Part shown: positions 22,398 to 32,885 of the stretch, piece by piece
How positions within the stretch are numbered: position 1 is the first letter of the stretch
How the letters are laid out: the number at the start of each line of letters is the position of its first letter
Assembly: GCA_963734495.1 (NCBI GenBank)
Contig: CAVTHK010000016.1
Coordinates: forward strand, 64,001-128,000
DNA from: an uncultured Spirochaetota bacterium
GTDB lineage: Bacteria; Spirochaetota; Spirochaetia; SZUA-6; CAVTHK01
Length of the DNA stretch: 64,000 nucleotides
Reading direction: 5' to 3'
Program-made: the position numbers and the translations under genes
Notes under the pieces: model-generated
The model's input: only the letters and a program-made list of their open reading frames with translations
The model's database searches: none
What the model was told of the DNA's origin: nothing

Positions 22398-22594
22398 GGA
22401 CAGGGATGTCCCCGAAGGCCCAAGCCCGCGAAGCGGGGTTGGGTTGCCCGGGCGCGCCAGGGATGGCGCGGCGCCCGGGCTGGGACAAGCGCCCTTGCCC
22501 GGGCGCGCCAGGGATGGCGCGGCGCCCGGGCTGGGACAAGCGCCCTGGCCCCCGAAGGCCCCGAGCGCAGCGAGGGGGTGCGTACCCGCCGGGC
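22398..22594. repeat. Palindromic intergenic element with a 2x 51-bp tandem repeat and AGGGAT-loop hairpins
   Basis: TTGCCCGGGCGCGCCAGGGATGGCGCGGCGCCCGGGCTGGGACAAGCGCCC at 22444 and 22495; GGAC-AGGGAT-GTCC at 22398; reverse complement of GCCCGGCGGGTACGC at 22580-22594. Confidence 0.8.
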
Positions 22595-22739
22595 AAGGTT
22601 CGCGGGTGTTTTGGCCCCGCCCGCGCCCGGTGGCGGCCGAAGCGGCCCGGCGCGGGCTTCCGTTGATCAGTTGAGCGGGAACTAGATATAGTGAAACGAG
22701 AGTCCTGTGCGGGCAGCGGCAGGCCTTCGAGAGGGTCGT

Positions 22740-23225
22740 GTGGCTGAGATCGTCGTATACACGGACGGCGGCTGTTCGGGCAATCCCGGCCCGGGCGGCT
22801 GGGCGTACGTGATGCAGTGGGACGGGCAGGAATCGCGCGTGTCGGGCGGCGAGACAGCCACCACCAACAACCGCATGGAGCTGCGTGCCGTCATCGAGGC
22901 GCTCAAGGCCGTCGGGGCGCGGGCCCTCGCGGGGCCGGTGCAGGTCCACACGGACTCGACGTACGTCAAGAACGGGATCACCACCTGGATCCAGCGGTGG
23001 GAGCGCAACGGCTGGAGGACGTCGGCCAAGGCCGCGGTCAAGAACCGCGAGCTGTGGGAGCAGCTGCGCGAGCTGACGAAACGGCTGCCGGTCGGTTGGC
23101 ACTGGGTCACGGCGCACAGCGGCATCGTTCTCAACGAGGCCTGCGACTCGCTGGTGCAGGAGGAGATCCGCAAGCTGACAGGGGCCGGGGGCCGGCAGGG
23201 CGACCCTGGCGCCTCCCGGAGGTAA
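22740..23225 (+). CDS. rnhA: Ribonuclease HI
   Basis: YTDGGCSGNPGPGGW, TTNNRMEL, TDSTYV, VKNRELW and NEACD motifs. Confidence 0.96.
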   Translation: MAEIVVYTDGGCSGNPGPGGWAYVMQWDGQESRVSGGETATTNNRMELRAVIEALKAVGARALAGPVQVHTDSTYVKNGITTWIQRWERNGWRTSAKAAVKNRELWEQLRELTKRLPVGWHWVTAHSGIVLNEACDSLVQEEIRKLTGAGGRQGDPGASRR

Positions 23226-23232
23226 GGAAGCC

Positions 23233-24435
23233 ATGCGTTACTACACTTCGCGACAAGCGCTCCTCGTGGGCGTTCTGTGCGTGGCAGCCACCCTGGCGGT
23301 CACCGGCGTGCTCGGCCTCTTCGGCCTGCCGATGGGCCTGCGCCTCGGGCCCGACCGGGCCGCGGTGCGGCCGCAGGCGGCGATCTCCGGCACTCCAGCG
23401 CAGTTCACCGAGACCATGCCCTCGGTTTCCGCGGGGGACTACTCCCTGGACGAGCGCCAGAACATCGACGTCTACAAGAGGCTCAACAGTGGCGTCGTCA
23501 ACGTCACGTCGATCACCTTCTCCTATAACTGGTTCCTGGAACCCACCCCCCAGGAGGGCACGGGCTCGGGCTCGATCATCAACCAGGACGGCTACGTGCT
23601 GACCAACTACCACGTGGTCAAGGACGCGGAGAAGCTCACCATCACCCTCGCGGACAACTCGAACTTCGAGGGCAGGGTGGTGGGCGTCGACGAGGAGAAC
23701 GACCTGGCCGTGGTCAAGTTCGACCCCAAGGGCAAGCGCCTCACGACTGTTCCCCTGGGCACTTCGCAGGGGCTGCAGGTCGGGCAGAAGGTGCTCGCGA
23801 TCGGCAACCCGTTCGCGCTCGAGCGCACGCTGACCACCGGGATCGTCTCGGGGCTCGCGCGGCCGGTGCGCACGGGCGACGGGATCATCATCAAGGAGAT
23901 GATCCAGACCGACGCCTCGATCAACCCCGGCAACTCGGGCGGGCCCCTGCTGAACTCGCGGGGCGAGATGATCGGCATCAACACGATGATCTACTCGCCT
24001 TCGGGCGGGTCCGTCGGGATCGGGTTCGCCGTGCCGGTCGACACGGCCAGACGCGTGATCCCGGACCTCATCAAGTTCGGCTCGGTCAAGCGCGGCTGGA
24101 TCGACATCGTGCCGGTGCAGCTCTTTCCGCAGCTCGTCCGGTACGCCGACCTTCCCGTGAGCCAGGGCGTGCTCGTGTCCGAGGTGACGGCCGGCGGCAA
24201 CGCCGAAAAGGCCGGCATCCAGGGCGGCAGCCAGAGGAGGGCCGTGCGCGCCGGCCGCAACGTCATCTACCTCGGAGGCGACATCATCGTCGACGTGGGA
24301 GGGACGGCGGTCAACAGCCTCGGCGATCTCTACAGCGCGCTCGAGGACAAGAAGCCCGGAGAAAAAGTACAGGTCAGGGTCATGCGCGGCCGGTCCGAGA
24401 AGATGCTCGAAGTGACCCTGTCAGAGCGGAAGTAA
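23233..24435 (+). CDS. htrA: HtrA/DegP-family serine protease with one PDZ domain
   Basis: N-terminal TM, GSGSII, TNYHVV, DLAV and QTDASINPGNSGGPL motifs, PDZ tail. Confidence 0.93.
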   Translation: MRYYTSRQALLVGVLCVAATLAVTGVLGLFGLPMGLRLGPDRAAVRPQAAISGTPAQFTETMPSVSAGDYSLDERQNIDVYKRLNSGVVNVTSITFSYNWFLEPTPQEGTGSGSIINQDGYVLTNYHVVKDAEKLTITLADNSNFEGRVVGVDEENDLAVVKFDPKGKRLTTVPLGTSQGLQVGQKVLAIGNPFALERTLTTGIVSGLARPVRTGDGIIIKEMIQTDASINPGNSGGPLLNSRGEMIGINTMIYSPSGGSVGIGFAVPVDTARRVIPDLIKFGSVKRGWIDIVPVQLFPQLVRYADLPVSQGVLVSEVTAGGNAEKAGIQGGSQRRAVRAGRNVIYLGGDIIVDVGGTAVNSLGDLYSALEDKKPGEKVQVRVMRGRSEKMLEVTLSERK

Positions 24436-24447
24436 GGGACACCGGGC

Positions 24448-26445
24448 GTGCCTCGTTTCAAGGTGGTGGCCGACTATGGCCCCGCGGGCGACCAGCAGCA
24501 GGCAATCGAGGCCCTCACCGCCGGCGTCAGGAACGGCGACCGGCACCAGGTGCTCAAGGGGGTGACCGGCAGCGGGAAGACCTTCACCATGGCCAAGATC
24601 ATCGAGGCCACCCAGCTCCCGACCCTGGTGATCTCGCACAACAAGACGCTGGCCGCCCAGCTTTACCGCGAGTTCAAGGGGTTCCTCCCCGAGAATGCGG
24701 TCGAGTACTTCGTCTCCTACTACGACTATTACCAGCCCGAGGCGTACGTCCCGAGCCGGGACCTTTACATCGCCAAGGATGCCTCGATCAACGACGACAT
24801 CGACCGCCTGAGGCTCTCGACCACGACGTCGCTGCTGGAGAGGCGCGACGTCGTCGTCGTGGCAACGGTGTCCTGCATCTATGGCATCGGCGACCCCGGC
24901 GACTACCGCGACATGCGCATCTCGATCCGCCGCGGCGACCGGGTGCGCATCGGCGAGACCCTCCGCCAGCTCGTCTCGCTGCAGTACGTGCGCAACGACG
25001 CGGTCCTCGAGCGTTCGCGCTTCCGCCTGCGGGGCGACGTGCTCGAGGTCTACCCGTCCTACTCGGAGGAGGCGGTGCGCATCGAGCTCGCCTGGGACGA
25101 GGTGGAACGCATCCGCCGTTTCCACCCGGTCTCAGGAGAGACGCTCGAGGAGCTCGAAAGCGTCACGATCTATCCCGCCAAGTACTTCGTGCTCCCCGAG
25201 CAGCGCGTGCGCACGGCGGTCGAGCGGATCAAGGACGAGCTCGCCGAGCGTTACGAGCACTTCCTGTCCAAGGGGAAGCAGCTCGAGGCGGAGCGGATCA
25301 AGAGCCGCACCGACTACGACCTGGAGATGCTGGAGTCCATGGGTTACTGCCCGGGCATCGAGAACTACTCCGCCCCTCTCGCCGGCCGCAAGGCGGGAGA
25401 GAGGCCCGCGGTGCTGCTCGACTTCTTCCCCGAGGACGCGCTCACGTTCATCGACGAGTCGCACGTCACGATCCCGCAGATCCGCGGGATGTACGAGGGC
25501 GACCGCTCGCGCAAGCTCACGCTCGTGGACTTCGGCTTCCGGCTGCCGTCGGCCATGGACAACCGGCCGCTGTACTTCGGCGAGTTCGAGCTGCTGCAAG
25601 GCCGCACGATCTACGTGTCGGCCACGCCGGGACCGGAGGAGCTGCGAAAGTCCGTCCGGATGGTGGAGCAGGTCATCAGGCCCACGGGCCTGGTCGACCC
25701 GGAGATCGAGGTGAGGCCGAGCCAGGGCCAGATCGAGGACCTGTACGGGGAGATTCGCAAGCGCGTGGCTGCGGACGAGCGCGTGCTGGTGACCGTGCTC
25801 ACCAAGAAGATGGCGGAGGACCTCACGGACTACCTCTCAGACCTCGGGCTCAAGGTGCGATACCTCCACGCCGAGGTCGAGACGTTCGAACGGGTCGAGC
25901 TGCTCAAGGGGCTGCGCAGCGGAGACTTCGACATCCTCGTGGGCATCAACCTCCTGCGGGAAGGGCTCGACCTCCCCGAGGTCTCGCTGATCGCGATCGT
26001 CGACGCCGACAAGATCGGCTTCCTGCGCTCGGCGACCTCCCTCATCCAGACGATCGGAAGGGCGGCGCGCAACGTCAACGGCAGGGTGATCATGTACGCG
26101 GACAGGGTCTCCGACGCCATGAAAGAGGCGATCGAGGAGACCCAGAGGCGCCGGACCAGGCAGACCCTCTACAACCGGGAGCACGGCATCACGCCGCAGA
26201 CCATCCACAAGTCGATCCAGGACATCCTCGTCCGGCAGCGCGACGAGAAACGCGACAGCGAGTCGGTCAACGTCGAGGTGCTCAAGCGCAGCTACAATGT
26301 CCTCCTGCCCAGGGACAGGGCGGCGCTGCGGAAACGGCTGGAGGAAGAGATGCTCGAGCTCGCCAAGAACCTCGAGTTCGAGGGTGCCGCGCTCGTGCGC
26401 GACGAGATCCGCAAGCTCGACCAGATGTCGGGAGGCTCGAAGTGA
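24448..26445 (+). CDS. uvrB: Excinuclease ABC subunit B
   Basis: GVTGSGKT, YYDYYQPEAY, DESH, GINLLREGLD and QTIGRAARN motifs, UVR tail. Confidence 0.98.
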   Translation: MPRFKVVADYGPAGDQQQAIEALTAGVRNGDRHQVLKGVTGSGKTFTMAKIIEATQLPTLVISHNKTLAAQLYREFKGFLPENAVEYFVSYYDYYQPEAYVPSRDLYIAKDASINDDIDRLRLSTTTSLLERRDVVVVATVSCIYGIGDPGDYRDMRISIRRGDRVRIGETLRQLVSLQYVRNDAVLERSRFRLRGDVLEVYPSYSEEAVRIELAWDEVERIRRFHPVSGETLEELESVTIYPAKYFVLPEQRVRTAVERIKDELAERYEHFLSKGKQLEAERIKSRTDYDLEMLESMGYCPGIENYSAPLAGRKAGERPAVLLDFFPEDALTFIDESHVTIPQIRGMYEGDRSRKLTLVDFGFRLPSAMDNRPLYFGEFELLQGRTIYVSATPGPEELRKSVRMVEQVIRPTGLVDPEIEVRPSQGQIEDLYGEIRKRVAADERVLVTVLTKKMAEDLTDYLSDLGLKVRYLHAEVETFERVELLKGLRSGDFDILVGINLLREGLDLPEVSLIAIVDADKIGFLRSATSLIQTIGRAARNVNGRVIMYADRVSDAMKEAIEETQRRRTRQTLYNREHGITPQTIHKSIQDILVRQRDEKRDSESVNVEVLKRSYNVLLPRDRAALRKRLEEEMLELAKNLEFEGAALVRDEIRKLDQMSGGSK

Positions 26446-26807
26446 GGGCGCTCGTGCTGCTCGCTGTGGTGCTCGTCATCGGGTCGTGCGGAGCGCGTCA
26501 GGAGGAGACGATCGTCCTGCCCGCGACGCCGGTGATCTCGGTGGCCTCGCGCTGGGCCGTGGTGACGAGCAACTACATGCGCATGCGAACGCGCCCTTCC
26601 GAGAGCGCCGAAGTGGTCGAGGGCCTCCCTCGCGGGACGGTGGTCGAGGTGGTCGGCACCAGCGACACTCAGGCGACCGTCGAGGGGCAGAAGGCCTACT
26701 GGCTCCAGCTCAACATCGAAGGGCTTCGCGGTTGGGGGTTCGGCGCGCACCTCCAGGTGGTCGAATCGCGCGCGAGGGCCCAGGCGATCGCCGCGGAGCT
26801 CAGATGA
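26442..26807 (+). CDS. Bacterial SH3-domain lipoprotein
   Basis: Lipobox-like IGSC; RMRTRPS..AEVV..L..G..V.V...W....GW SH3b pattern. Confidence 0.75.
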   Translation: MRALVLLAVVLVIGSCGARQEETIVLPATPVISVASRWAVVTSNYMRMRTRPSESAEVVEGLPRGTVVEVVGTSDTQATVEGQKAYWLQLNIEGLRGWGFGAHLQVVESRARAQAIAAELR

Positions 26808-28372
26808 GCCCGGAGCTGGTCCGGCTGCTCACCACCTGGGTCCTGCCGCCCGTCCTCGGGGCCGTCATCGGCTACGTCACCAATGACATCGCGATCCGGA
26901 TGCTCTTCAGGCCGCTCAAGGAATGGCGCGTCCTGGGGATCCGCGTTCCGTTCACCCCGGGCATCATCCCGAAGCAGAGGCTCGCGCTCGCCGAGAGCAT
27001 CGGACGCATGGTCTCCGAGCACCTCATCACCGAAGACGCGATCAGGGAGCACCTTACGGCGGACGAATTCCGCAGCAGCCTCACCACGAGCATCAGCTCC
27101 CTCACGCAGCGCGCCCTGGACGCGAGCCCTTCGAGCCTGAGCCGCAGCGCCCTGGGCCTCTGGAACGGCTCGCTGCGCTCGCTCGCCGGCGGCATCCTCG
27201 GGCGCTTCCTGCGGTCGGCGGGCTTTCTCGCCTCCGTCCGGTCGGTCGTGGCCAGGCTGGTCGCGGCGCTCGGAGACCGGCTTCTGTCCGAAACGGCGAA
27301 CGCCGAGGGCCTCAAGAAGATCGCGCGCATGCGGATCGTCCCGCTGCTCGCCGGCGGAAAGGCGGCGGGATGGGCCAAAGCGGCCGTCGCGCGCTGGGCC
27401 CGCCGTCACGTGACGGAAAACACGCCGGTCGAGCAGTTGCTGCCGGACAGCGCCGTCGAAGGGCTCACCGACGCGCTCCGCGCCGCCTTTCCGAGCATCC
27501 GGCGCGCGCTGCTCTCGTGGCTGCAGGCCCCGGCGGCGCGGCAGGAGCTGGAGACGCGCGGGCGGCTGTTTCTGCGCGACGCGCTCGACCGGCTCAACAG
27601 CCTTCAGCGTTTCTTCGTCTCCGTGGGACAGTACGACCGGACCCTGCACGACAAGATGCCCGAGATCGTGGACGACGCCCTGCGGCACCTCCAGGCGTTC
27701 CTCGAGGACCCGGCGAGCGCCGAGCGCTTCGCCGATTCGGTGCGCTCGGGCCTGCTGGGCCTTCGGCGCAAGGGTCTGCGCGACCTGGGCGCGGAGTGGG
27801 GAGTCGACCTCTCGGAGCGCCTTCCGGCGCTGGCGGAACGCTTGGTGGGCGCGATCGACGCGGACAGGCTCGCGCAGTTGATGGAGGACGGCTTGGACCG
27901 CTTTTTCGACGAGAACGGGACGCGGAGCCTCCGCGAGCTCGCGGGCCGGCTGCTCGGGCTCCAGGAGAACGAGGTCGTCGACGGCGTGAGCAACGCCGTG
28001 CTCGGCTACCTGACGCGCGGAGAGACGGCCGCGAGGCTCGCCGAAACGCTCGAAGGCTTCCTCGGCGGGCTGCTCTCGCAGGAGCGTCCGATCGGAGAGC
28101 TCATCGGGATCGATGCGGCCGGCAAGGCGAGCGTCGACGAGTTCCTGAACGAGCGCGCCCGCGACCTCCTCCAGGCACGGTTGCCCGAGTTCGTGCAGGG
28201 TTTCGACATCCGCCGGATGGTCGTCGACCGCATCAACAAGCTGGATGTCGCGCAGGTCGAGTCGCTGCTGATGATCGTGATCGCGAAGCACCTCAAGTGG
28301 ATCAACGTCTTCGGGGCGCTGCTCGGCGCGGTCATCGGCCTCATCCAGTCGGTGGTGTCCCTGCTGACGTGA
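26804..28372 (+). CDS. DUF445 family membrane protein
   Basis: GAVIGYVTNDIAIRMLFRP..PGIIPK N-terminus and LKWINVFGALLGAVIG C-terminus. Confidence 0.88.
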   Translation: MSPELVRLLTTWVLPPVLGAVIGYVTNDIAIRMLFRPLKEWRVLGIRVPFTPGIIPKQRLALAESIGRMVSEHLITEDAIREHLTADEFRSSLTTSISSLTQRALDASPSSLSRSALGLWNGSLRSLAGGILGRFLRSAGFLASVRSVVARLVAALGDRLLSETANAEGLKKIARMRIVPLLAGGKAAGWAKAAVARWARRHVTENTPVEQLLPDSAVEGLTDALRAAFPSIRRALLSWLQAPAARQELETRGRLFLRDALDRLNSLQRFFVSVGQYDRTLHDKMPEIVDDALRHLQAFLEDPASAERFADSVRSGLLGLRRKGLRDLGAEWGVDLSERLPALAERLVGAIDADRLAQLMEDGLDRFFDENGTRSLRELAGRLLGLQENEVVDGVSNAVLGYLTRGETAARLAETLEGFLGGLLSQERPIGELIGIDAAGKASVDEFLNERARDLLQARLPEFVQGFDIRRMVVDRINKLDVAQVESLLMIVIAKHLKWINVFGALLGAVIGLIQSVVSLLT

Positions 28373-28409
28373 GGCGGTGCTCCGTCGCCTCGGGGGGCGG
28401 GGCAGCGGG

Positions 28410-29315
28410 CTAGATGACCCGGCGCGCGTCTTCGCTCTGCGCCACGACGTTCTCCGCCGTGTAGTAGATCTTGCTGTACGCGGGGACAGACTCGATCAGC
28501 CAGACGTTCCCGCCGATGACCGACCCCTTGCCGATGACCGTCTCGCCCCCGAGGATCGTAGCGCCGGGATAGATCGTCACGTCGTCCTCGATGGTCGGGT
28601 GCCGCTTGGTGTTGCCTTCTTCCTTGCGGACGCTTCGGGCGCCGAGCGTGACCCCGTGATAGATCTTGACGTTGTCGCCGATGATGGTGGTCTCGCCGAT
28701 CACGACACCGGTGCCGTGATCGATGAAGAACGACCGCCCGATCGTGGCTCCCGGATGGATGTCGATGCCCGTCTTGCCGTGGATGTACTCGGTCATCATG
28801 CGCGGCAGCAGGGGGATGCCGACGATCCAGAATTCGTGCGCGATCCGGTACATCATGATCGCTTCCAGGCCGGGATAGGCGAGGATGATCTCCTCGGTGA
28901 ACTTGGCGGCCGGATCTCCCTGGAAGAGCGCCTCCACGTCGAGCTGGAGCTGCTTGCGGATCGCCGGCAGTCGCGAGAGTATGGCGAGGACCCTCTCTTC
29001 GGCCTCCCCCCGTGCGCCCGCGATCAGCCCGTCCCGCCCTTCGGTCCGATACTTGAACTCCAGGCTCTTCTGGGTCTCGACCATGAGGTTCTTCGCGATG
29101 CGCGTGAGCTTCTCACCGAGCACGTACCGGACATTCAGGCGGTCCAGGTTGGCCTCGCCGCGGTAGCCTGGGAACATCACGGACTCGAGCTCGTCGACGA
29201 TGGCCGTCACGCTCTCCCGGGACGGCAGGTTGGTGCCGTCGAGATGGTTGATCCCGCCGTCCACGTCGTACGAATCCAGTATCGTCGCGATGACCCTGTC
29301 GAGCCTTACTTTCAT
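28410..29315 (-). CDS. cysE: Serine O-acetyltransferase (long EpsC-type)
   Basis: [42 protein letters not shown] and KRHPT motifs. Confidence 0.93.
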   Translation of the reverse strand: MKVRLDRVIATILDSYDVDGGINHLDGTNLPSRESVTAIVDELESVMFPGYRGEANLDRLNVRYVLGEKLTRIAKNLMVETQKSLEFKYRTEGRDGLIAGARGEAEERVLAILSRLPAIRKQLQLDVEALFQGDPAAKFTEEIILAYPGLEAIMMYRIAHEFWIVGIPLLPRMMTEYIHGKTGIDIHPGATIGRSFFIDHGTGVVIGETTIIGDNVKIYHGVTLGARSVRKEEGNTKRHPTIEDDVTIYPGATILGGETVIGKGSVIGGNVWLIESVPAYSKIYYTAENVVAQSEDARRVI

Positions 29316-29392
29316 GCACGCCCTCGCTTTGCCCCGAAGTATACCCCGCCTCTCGCCCCCGGCGGCGCTCGGCGACCCGCTGCGTCAGGCGC

Positions 29393-30406
29393 CTACCGGC
29401 GCCCCTGGAGGGCTCCGGCGCAGCGCAGCGCGTCGTAGTACAGCGGGTCGCCCCGCAGCGCATCCACCTCCTGAAGCAGGAGGGGCCCGGCATCGAGCGG
29501 CCGCGCCGGGGATTCGCGGACGGCGCCGTCGATACCGCGCGTCCTGAGCAGGCCGCCGCCGAGCTCGATCTCGATGCTCTCGCCCCCGTCCATGATCAGG
29601 GCCAGCCGGCTTGCGCCGCCCCCGGGGGTGTGGCTGAAGCGCACGTCGATTCCGCGGGCGTCTTCGAAGTGCGCCTCGCTGCGAAACACGGCCACCGGCC
29701 GCCAGCCGAGGCGCGCGGCAAGCCAGCTGGAGAGCAGCACGGCCTCGGCCAGAGTCCCGCCGGTGACGTCCACCGCCGTGAGCGCGGACCACTGCCCGGC
29801 CGCCCGGCCGGCGTCGAAAGCCCGCGCGATCGAGCGCCGCAGGGGCAGCATGCGCAGCCAGGCGAAATCCGCCAGCGAAGGGCGCGGCTCCGCGGCTCCG
29901 GCGCGTTGCGCGAGCCCGGCGAGCCAGCCGAGCAGGTCCCACGGCGATCCCTGCTCGAGCTCCGCGGAGTCGAACACCAGCTTGTCCGCGGAGTCCGCGA
30001 GCGCGGCGATCTGGGCGGCGGGAGGCCTCGAGAGATCGGCGATGAGGCCGAACACGGGGATGTCGCGGATCAGGAGCGCGCTCCAGGAGCCGGGATCGAG
30101 CCCCCGGTCGTCGGAGCCGTTGAGGATGTGCACCTCCTGGAAGCAGACGCCCTGGTTGCGCCGGTCGGGGTAGCAGCGCGCGGAGACGCTGACCTCGGTC
30201 GGCCCGTCGTAGCCGCTCTGGACGTGGACGATCCGCGCCGGCCGCTTGCCGAGGAGGTAGTCCAGGGCAGCCGCGACGCGGGAGGGCTTCTTGAGGTGAT
30301 CGAAGTAGACGATGTTGAAGAGGCTCGCCCTCGCGATGCCGTCCGAAGACCGGTCTATGCTCGCCGTGATCTCGGCCTCGATCGCGGCCGGGTCGAGAAG
30401 CCTCAT
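29393..30406 (-). CDS. opcA: Glucose-6-phosphate dehydrogenase assembly protein OpcA
   Basis: RASLFNIV, RPARIV, DIPVF, KLVFDS, DFAWLR and WLAARLGW motifs; ATG overlaps the zwf stop. Confidence 0.8.
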   Translation of the reverse strand: MRLLDPAAIEAEITASIDRSSDGIARASLFNIVYFDHLKKPSRVAAALDYLLGKRPARIVHVQSGYDGPTEVSVSARCYPDRRNQGVCFQEVHILNGSDDRGLDPGSWSALLIRDIPVFGLIADLSRPPAAQIAALADSADKLVFDSAELEQGSPWDLLGWLAGLAQRAGAAEPRPSLADFAWLRMLPLRRSIARAFDAGRAAGQWSALTAVDVTGGTLAEAVLLSSWLAARLGWRPVAVFRSEAHFEDARGIDVRFSHTPGGGASRLALIMDGGESIEIELGGGLLRTRGIDGAVRESPARPLDAGPLLLQEVDALRGDPLYYDALRCAGALQGRR

Positions 30407-31863
30407 AGTTTCCTCCATCGCGAGCGCAGACCGTCGGTCAGCCGCATGGCCTCGTCCGGCCCCTGTCCTCCGGCGCGGTACGGGACCAGCCGATGGCCCG
30501 TCTCCTTCCACAGGTCGAGGACCCCGCTCACGAGCCTCCACGAGCTCTCGACCTGGTCGGCGCGGATGAAGAGCGTGCTGTCGCCGATCATGCAGTCGAG
30601 GAGCAGGCGCTCGTACGCCTCGGGCGGCTCCTCGCCGAACGACCCGCCGTAGGAGAACCGCAGGTTGACCGGGTTCATGTCGGTCGTAAAGCCGGGCACT
30701 TTGGAATTGAGGTTGAAGGTGACCCCTTCGTCGGGCTGGACGTGGACGATCAGGCTGTTGGGACGCGGCGCCGTCTGTTCGGCGAACAGGTGCTGCGGCG
30801 GGTCCTTGAAGAACACCGCGATCTCGGAGACTTTGCGCGCGAGGCGCTTGCCGGTGCGCAGCAGGAAGGGGACTCCCGACCAGCGCCAGGAATCGAGCCA
30901 GAGGCGCAGCGCCACGAACGTTTCCGTGGACGAGTGCGGGTCCACGTTCGGCTCGTCGCTGTAGGCGGGAATCTCTTCGCCCGCGAGCACGCCCGCCGCA
31001 TACTGGCCGCGGACCGTGTCGCGCCCGATGGTCTCCGAGGTGGCCGGCTTGATGGTGCGGAGCACCTTCTGTTTCTCGTCCCGGATCGTGGTGGCGTCGA
31101 GGTCGATCGGCGGCTCCATGGCCACGAGGCACAGGAGCTGAAGGAGGTGGTTCTGCACCATGTCCCGCAGAGCGCCGGAGTTGTCGTAGTAACCGCCGCG
31201 GCCCTCGACGCCCAGCTCCTCCGCCACCGTGATCTGCACGTGCTCCACGTAGCGGTTGTTCCAGATGGGCTCGAGGATGCTGTTGCCGAAGCGCAGCACC
31301 ATCAGGTTCTGTACCGTCTCCTTGCCCAGGTAGTGGTCTATCCGGAAGATCTGGTCCTCACGGAAGACGCGGTTGAGCGCGCGGTTCAGCTCGAGGGCGC
31401 TCGCGAGGTCGTGGCCGATCGGCTTCTCGACGATCACCCGGCGGTAGAAGCCGTCTTCGCTCGCGAGCCCCGCGGCGCCGATGCTTTCGATGATCGTGCC
31501 GTAAGCGTCGGGCGGGGTCGAGAGATAGAAGATCGTGTTCCGCGGCTCGAGCTCCCGCAGGCCCTTGTATGCCGCGACGTTCTCGAAAGACGCCTGCACG
31601 TACTCGAGGCGGGAGAGAAAGCCGGCGGCCGCGCCCGAGCTTCCGATCGCGTCGGCCATGCGGTCGCGGAACTCCTGCGTCGTCCAGGGGCGGCGGGCCA
31701 GCCCGACGACGCGGAACGAGGAGATGTGCTGCTTGGTGTACAGAGAGTAGAGCGCCGGGATCAGCTTGCGCTTGGTCAGGTCGCCGGTGGCGCCGAAGAT
31801 CACGATCGTGAGGGGATCGGGCTCGCGGCTGATTCCGAGCCCCTGCAGCAACGGATTATACAT
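30403..31863 (-). CDS. zwf: Glucose-6-phosphate 1-dehydrogenase
   Basis: GATGDL, VEKPIG, RIDHYLGKE, RDMVQNH and EAYERLL motifs. Confidence 0.97.
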   Translation of the reverse strand: MYNPLLQGLGISREPDPLTIVIFGATGDLTKRKLIPALYSLYTKQHISSFRVVGLARRPWTTQEFRDRMADAIGSSGAAAGFLSRLEYVQASFENVAAYKGLRELEPRNTIFYLSTPPDAYGTIIESIGAAGLASEDGFYRRVIVEKPIGHDLASALELNRALNRVFREDQIFRIDHYLGKETVQNLMVLRFGNSILEPIWNNRYVEHVQITVAEELGVEGRGGYYDNSGALRDMVQNHLLQLLCLVAMEPPIDLDATTIRDEKQKVLRTIKPATSETIGRDTVRGQYAAGVLAGEEIPAYSDEPNVDPHSSTETFVALRLWLDSWRWSGVPFLLRTGKRLARKVSEIAVFFKDPPQHLFAEQTAPRPNSLIVHVQPDEGVTFNLNSKVPGFTTDMNPVNLRFSYGGSFGEEPPEAYERLLLDCMIGDSTLFIRADQVESSWRLVSGVLDLWKETGHRLVPYRAGGQGPDEAMRLTDGLRSRWRKL

Positions 31864-31970
31864 TTACTCAATTTGGCGGTCGCGCGCGCCAAGGGTCAAG
31901 CACGTTCCGGGAAATCCCGCCGGCCGCAGCCTTGACATCCGCACGGCGTCCGCGGCACACAGGAGCGCGC

Positions 31971-32885
31971 ATGACACGCTCTCAGCTCCGGCAGCGGCTC
32001 GAGGCCCTGTACCGCGCCCGCAACCTGCCCGAGCTCATCGAACCGGATCCCCTGGGCTTCGTCGTGCGCTGGCAGGACCCCGGCGACGTGGAGGTGGCCG
32101 CCGTCGTTGCGGCAACGCTCGCGTACGGCCGGGTGTCGCAGATTCACGCCACGCTCACGCGGGTGTTCGGTCTCATCGGCACGCCTTCGCAGTACGTGGA
32201 AAGCCACGGCCCGGCGCAGATCGCGGCTGATTTCCGGGGATTCAAGCACCGGTTCAACGACGGCGACGACGTGGCCGCGCTGCTGGTCGCGCTCGCGCGA
32301 GCCCGCCGAAAGCACGGCTCCCTGCTCCGCTGCTTCCGCAGCCACGATGCGGCGGGGGCCGCGAGCCTCGTGCCCGCGCTCGGGGGCTTCGTCGATGAGC
32401 TCGCGTCCCTGGCCGACCGGTCTCCGCCGTTTCTCCTCGCGCGGCCCGAGCGCGGCAGCGCCTGCAAGCGGTGGCACCTGTTCCTGCGCTGGATGGTGCG
32501 GCGGGACGCGGTCGACCCCGGCCCCTGGCACGAGCTGGGGCCGCGGCGCCTTGTGGTCCCTCTCGACACGCACATGTACCGCATCGGCATCGCCCTGGGC
32601 TTCACCGCGCGCCGATCCGCCGACCAGCGGACCGCGCTCGAGATCACCGAGGGGTTCCGGGAGATCTCACCCGAGGATCCGGTGCGCTACGACTTCTGCC
32701 TCGCGCGCTCGGCGATGCGGGGCGAGCTCGCGCGATTCGGGATACCCGGCAGCCGCACTCGTGGAGAGTCGCGTGCGCACGCGGGGATGGAGTCGCGGGG
32801 AGAATCGCGTGGGCGCGCTGGAACGGCGGCCCGCGGCAAATCGCGGCCGCGCAACAAATCGCGGCGCCCTCGGCTTGATCCGTGA
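31971..32885 (+). CDS. TIGR02757 / DUF2400 family protein (HhH-GPD-like)
   Basis: DPL, AYGRV, SACKR.HLFLRWMVRRD.VDPG.W, PLDTH and PEDPVRYDF motifs; low-complexity C-tail. Confidence 0.85.
   Translation: MTRSQLRQRLEALYRARNLPELIEPDPLGFVVRWQDPGDVEVAAVVAATLAYGRVSQIHATLTRVFGLIGTPSQYVESHGPAQIAADFRGFKHRFNDGDDVAALLVALARARRKHGSLLRCFRSHDAAGAASLVPALGGFVDELASLADRSPPFLLARPERGSACKRWHLFLRWMVRRDAVDPGPWHELGPRRLVVPLDTHMYRIGIALGFTARRSADQRTALEITEGFREISPEDPVRYDFCLARSAMRGELARFGIPGSRTRGESRAHAGMESRGESRGRAGTAARGKSRPRNKSRRPRLDP

Noticed and set aside
20589-23234. 881-aa version of the AAA ATPase with an N-terminal repeat extension
   Set aside because: The extension is antisense to rnhA and crosses the intergenic repeat; promoter and RBS support a start at 22334
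32750-32885. Functional repeat domain at the C-terminus of the TIGR02757 protein (GESR repeats)
   Set aside because: Short, degenerate, low-complexity extension; no evidence of function
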